A DNA stretch of 64,000 nt from assembly GCA_965112155.1 (NCBI GenBank), contig OZ218101.1; one strand, given 5' to 3'. Below are positions 59,511 to 64,000 of the stretch, in pieces. Positions within the stretch are counted from its first letter, which is position 1. Each line of letters begins with the position of its first letter. The position numbers were made by a program, and so were the translations under genes. The notes below the pieces were generated by a model that ran no database searches, was not told the origin of the DNA, and saw nothing but the letters and a program-made list of their open reading frames with translations. The DNA comes from Podarcis liolepis. Taxonomy: Eukaryota.

Positions 59511-59646
59511 CAGAGTTTCCCAAACTTGGGTCTCCAGCTGTTTTTGAACTACAATTCCCATCATCACTGACCACTGGTCCTGCTAGCTAGGCATGATGGA
59601 GGTTGTAGTCCAACAACAGGTAGAGGCCCAAGTTTGAGAAACCCTG
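59511..59646. mobile_element. Palindromic hAT-type MITE (URR1-like)
   Basis: TIRs CAGAGTTTCCCAAACTTGGG and CCCAAGTTTGAGAAACCCTG; TSD CTCAAGAC / TTCTAGAC (6/8). Confidence 0.88.
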
Positions 59647-61578
59647 TTCTAGACTAAACTATAAAACCTTGGCAGTTACTGCAGGCTAGTGCTGCAGCAA
59701 CTTTTTCTTTCTGCCTCAACTGCAGGATTTCTGGTCATATTCTTACACTTTAGCCACTGAACTCTGAACCAGCAGCTCTTAACACTGTCTAGGGTCTGGA
59801 ATTTGCAGCACCATCAAACTGGCTGTGGAACCATAGTTCTGTATCTCTATCTCCCTGTCTCTTGGGCCCTCGCCTCCTCTCAGTAGCAGAGAGTATGATG
59901 GATCAAGAAATAGGGCTTTGGTTGCCATGACTAGAAGAAGCAAAATAAGTTATAAGTAAGCCCAGATATGGATGGCCCTGAAGAACTGCATAATTTATTC
60001 TAGCTGTAGAATCAATTTTACTTGGGTTTTGAGTTTGGAACAGATTTGTTTGGTTTTTTTAAAACTCAAAAGATTTGTGGAAACACTTCATTTAAACACT
60101 TTATACTGGGGAGGGTGGATGATGGAAACCTTTTAATTCATGCTACAATGGATACCTGCCCTTTGGAAGGTCTGTAAAACATTTTAATGTGGTTCTACTT
60201 TGTATCAGTATATCTGGTTCAAATTTAACAATGGTGGATCAAATTTCAGCTATTTCAATTCCCCCCCTCAAACTTTTATGGAGGACAGCACCCACTTAAA
60301 AAGAAAAAAGAAAAATAGGCCTTCACTATTTATTGTGGATGCCTTTTATTTGATGGATCTGCAGGTCTAAGGGAGCTGCGTCCTAGGGAACAAAGAATGG
60401 GACTGGCAAGAGGGAACTGAACTACCTGCTGTCATCAACATGTGTCTATTCTGGTTGGCAAACTTTTTAGTATGTTTTTTCACTGGAACAGATGGCACCC
60501 ATTGCAAGATGTATGGTATCCTATTAAGGACAAAATGATAACCAGTATGAAAATAGGAACTGCAGCTATTTCAGACTTGTATATTTGAAATGTTGCACCT
60601 GTATTGATAGCAGTTCTCCAACAATAAGGAACTGTAACTTTTTAAAGGAAGTGAGTGAAGAGCAGGAGGGAAATGTATGTGTCATCCCAGTTGTGTAAAT
60701 GGCTGCACTGCAGGACACTGAAGGGTTAATGCAGGAGAGGGCTGGAGTACCCCCTGACCAGAATCCTGCCACTCTTTAAATGATTCACATTTCGGTAAGA
60801 AGAGAAAGTTGTAACTCTTTGGACTGGGCAATAGCAGGTATAGTATGATTAGCTGCCAAGTATTCATAAGGACGTGGATAGGATTTTTAATATATTCATG
60901 CATTTGATCATTTAAAATGTGCATATGCCCTTGTACGGATTCTATTTTTTGATGTTGATTGGTTCTGGCAAAAAAAAAAAAAATGGTTGACAAGGCTCAG
61001 ATTGATAAATTTGTCACCTCCCAATATTCCCTCATCTGTGGCAGCTATTGAGACTATAGATCCATTGTGTGCCTGCACAAATTCTGGCTCTCGTTTACTT
61101 TTAGCTTGGTACTGGCAGGTTAATACAAACACTTTGGTGAGTGGAATTGATTAGATTGGCAAATGCAAAGGCACATTCAAATACCATGTTGCACACACTG
61201 CAAAATTCAATTTGCTTTATATTCTGTCCAAAGTTCAACCAAAGTTTTATATCACAAAAGGCAGAGATCTCTGTTTGGGCTGTATGGAGGGACATGAAGA
61301 GGAGACAAATATACAGTTATACTGCTTAGGTGGCCTCTTCAGATGTGATTAGCAGCCTTGTCACTATGAAGAGGAGTGGGGATGTGCTGTGTAGCTCTGT
61401 TACTGACTTCACCCACTTCTCACTGTCCTCCTTCGGATGGCATCTGTAGGCAGGGGGCCTTTGCATATACATTTATCCTCATGAAGACTTCCAAAGTATC
61501 TGGAACACTAAACAGTCAGGAGCTCCAGATTCTATGGAAGTCTTTATGTATTCCACTGTACGATTGAATACAGGAACT

Positions 61579-61926
61579 CAGGATAGCTCAGTCGACAGAG
61601 CATGAGAGCCAGTGTAGTGTAGTGGTTAAGAGCGGTAGACTCATAATTTGGGGAACTGGGTTCGCGTCTCCGCTCCTCCACATGCAGCTGCTGGGTGACC
61701 TTGGGCTGGTCACACTTCTCTGAAGTCTCTCAGCCCCACTCACCTCACAGAGTGTTTGTTGTGGGGGAGGAAGGGAAAGGAGAATGTTAGCCACTTTGAG
61801 ACTCCTTAAAGGGAGTGAAAGGCGGGATATCAAATCCAAACTCCTCCGCCTCCTCCTCCTCTTCTTCTTCTTCTTCATCATCATCATCTCAAGGTCTGTA
61901 GGTTCGAGCCCCATTGCAGGAGGTTG
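61579..61926 (+). mobile_element. tRNA-Lys-like SINE or pseudo-tRNA split by a Squam3 insertion
   Basis: Left half GGATAGCTCAGTCGACAGAGCATGAGA (61581-61607), right half ATCTCAAGGTCTGTAGGTTCGAGCCCCA (61886-61913), then a short CR1-like TTGCAGGAGGTTG. Confidence 0.7.
61604..61885 (+). mobile_element. Squam3B-like SINE, full length, young
   Basis: GAGAGCCAGTGTAGTGTAGTGGTTAAGAGCGGTAGACTC...CTGGGTGACCTTGGGCT...CTCACCTCACAGAGTG...GGCGGGATATCAAATCC followed by a (CTC)n(CTT)n(CAT)n tail. Confidence 0.9.
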
Positions 61927-63779
61927 CAGACACCTGCAGTATACATGTGGGTATTGGAGGAAGGGTTGAGTGGCTCAATCATCCAACCAGTTGGGGATGG
62001 ATGATTGCATGTTGCTCCCATGCATAGGTAATCATGCTTGATGGGAACTATGGCATCTAGAAGTCTTGTGCTGAATATAAAAGAAAACACAAAATAAGTT
62101 ATCAAGGTTTGGAATAATATGAGAATCATAAGCCGTTCCTTCAGAATGCCAAAAAAACCCAACCCAACCTGCATTCAAAAAGCAGAGATTAATTTTTCTT
62201 GCCCTGCTGGTTTTTTAAAAAGCCGTCAAATGTGAAGTGAAAGTTTAGATATATATGTGTGTGTATATATAGTGCTGGATTGAGTGAAAACTGATCAGTG
62301 CTCTCATTGCTTGTTTTCACTGGTGCTACTTGGAACCCTCCAGGCAGCGGTAAAACTGGCAGAAATGAGGTCAGTTTTAAGTACGCTGTTGCTTGGGAAA
62401 GCAGCTGCACAGAGAGAGCACTGGAGTTCTTCATTGTGCAGAAGCACCCACAGGGAAAAGCAGGGGGTGGGGACACTAGGATCCCCAACATCGCAGCAGC
62501 TACAAGAGTGGGGTAGGCAGACGAACAAAGGAAGCAAGTGCCCTACAGAGCTTGCCATGAGCCAGGAGGCTGGGCCTTGTCGCTGAAGGGAGGTCTCTGG
62601 ACTTGATAACCCCACACAAACATATGAGTGTTCTTTCTTTCTGCAGGGGGAGGGGGGAAAGGGAGGCTGTGGCTGACTTATCAGTGGACATTCTTCTGAA
62701 AGTTATCACAGGCCTCGTAGATGGGGAAGGAGTGGAGAGAAAGAAACTCTAGCTGTTAGACTGGGGGAATACAAAAAAACACCTTGCAGAAGAGAATCGG
62801 TAGCTATTCAAAAGCGTCAGAGGCTTGGGGTGTCATGCACAGCGGCGTGCAGATGGATGTAAGCAGATGGATGTGCCGTCGATGTGTTGGTTGCAGTAGC
62901 CATAGTGAGGGAAGCAGATGGATTTGCTTTGTTATTCAGTGCAGTTAGTGTGAGAACAGGCACTATATACCTCTTCCAGAGGTGCACTTGGAGAGGATGG
63001 GAGGTGAAGGTCAGGAAATGGCCAGCACACTCGTAATTTGGTGTTCTCTGGCCTCCCTAATTAGCAAATGGCTGAGGCGACTGTGCCAACATGTGCACCC
63101 AGAAAGAAGCCAAACAAGCCATCTTCAACTGGCAGCATTCAGTTAATTATGTGGCGGTTTTGTTTGGGTTTATTTATTAACAGCTTCTTGTCTTTGGCCT
63201 ATGTCTGGGTTTACGATGTGGTGGCTCTAAGTGAGTTTTTCTGCCCAGCCCGTCCCACCAGCTGCCAGCCTGAAATGAGGTTACATCCGAGTCGCTGCCC
63301 CCCAAAAGGATGACAAGTCGAGTGGTGTGTGTAACAGAATGGTACAATGCTAGCCCTCCATTGATCCTGCCAGCGTGGGTCTGGATTTGGGCCAGAGCTG
63401 CATGCGAAGAAACAAGCACTGCCATTGTCTGTTTACTGGCTGAGAGAAAAGAAGAAGAGAAAGCAACCTGTAAAAAAAATGGGTCCTGCTGCCAGCGGGA
63501 GTCCTACCAGCTGACATTTGCCTATTGGTATTTGCTGTGGGCTTTTAGGAAGACACATTTGGTGGGAAGTCATGGAGAAAGCCAGCTTCAAGAAGCTAGT
63601 GCAGGAAGAATAGCCCTCTGGGAGGCTTGCGCAACCTTAACAGTGTACATGGGGTTATTATGTCAAGGCACCCCTCATCTCAAAAGCTCTTTGCATGTAG
63701 AAGGCTAACATCATATTTTTACACACACACACCCATTTTAAGTGTTTCCAGTGTTGTCTTTAATAGAGTTACTCATTTA

Positions 63780-63910
63780 ACTTCTTTAAAGAAATGTTTA
63801 TATTGTTTCTGTGTGTTTTAGCTGTATTGGTTTTAATTCATGCTATGAGCCACCTTGGCTCCTTGGACTGGGAGAAAAGAGGGATTTAAATAAAATGAAC
63901 AAATCAATAA
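63780..63910 (+). mobile_element. L2-type 3' tail
   Basis: TGAGCCACCTTGGCTCC...GGAGAAAAGAGGGATTTAAATAAA. Confidence 0.5.
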
Positions 63911-64000
63911 CAGGTTAATGAATATCAGGGAGAAGACTGAACTTATACGTCTTCCAGCATGCCAACTTTTCCATGTGCAGGCCATTCCTCCTTTGAGTTC

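Noticed and set aside
61588-61914. ORF with an MMMMKKKKKRRRRRR run resembling a basic or NLS peptide
   Set aside because: It is the reverse translation of the SINE simple-repeat tail.
154-63821. The several hundred short ORFs in the six-frame track
   Set aside because: Apart from the BovB frame, none shows a recognisable domain or consistent splice-bounded coding structure. Lengths are as expected by chance, and many use non-ATG starts.
1-64000. CRISPR arrays, operons or prokaryotic defence systems; host gene identity
   Set aside because: The sequence is eukaryotic with no regularly spaced repeat-spacer arrays. No coding exon was recognisable, so no gene symbol is given.

Overview
This is vertebrate, essentially non-coding DNA from a squamate reptile. 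A lacertid lizard is the most likely source, inferred from a Podarcis-type Sauria SINE, Squam3-type SINEs and BovB. The window opens in a CpG island (~1-960) with G-rich skew on the + strand. It then reads like the long 5' intron(s) of an unidentified gene that is probably transcribed on the + strand; I found no recognisable host coding exon and give no gene name. The only real protein-coding remnants are a 5'-truncated BovB LINE reverse-transcriptase frame (35211-36056, one premature stop) and a small CR1 RT fragment. The rest is a dense record of mobile elements, many with readable target-site duplications: hAT, Tc1/mariner and Harbinger-type MITEs, tRNA-, MIR- and 5S-derived SINEs, L2/CR1 tails, a solo LTR and Penelope-like elements. 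Between them lie repeat-free, motif-dense, CpG-retaining blocks that look like enhancers or conserved non-coding elements, plus a few candidate non-coding exons. The most striking structure is a Penelope-like insertion (5410-5645, 12-bp TSD). It forms a 92-bp near-perfect hairpin and carries two minimal hammerhead-ribozyme motifs: the antisense copy is intact and the sense copy has a catalytic-core mutation. That ribozyme class is already known, so I cannot claim a wholly new biological system from this window. Repeat family names come from recalled consensus sequences, not database searches.
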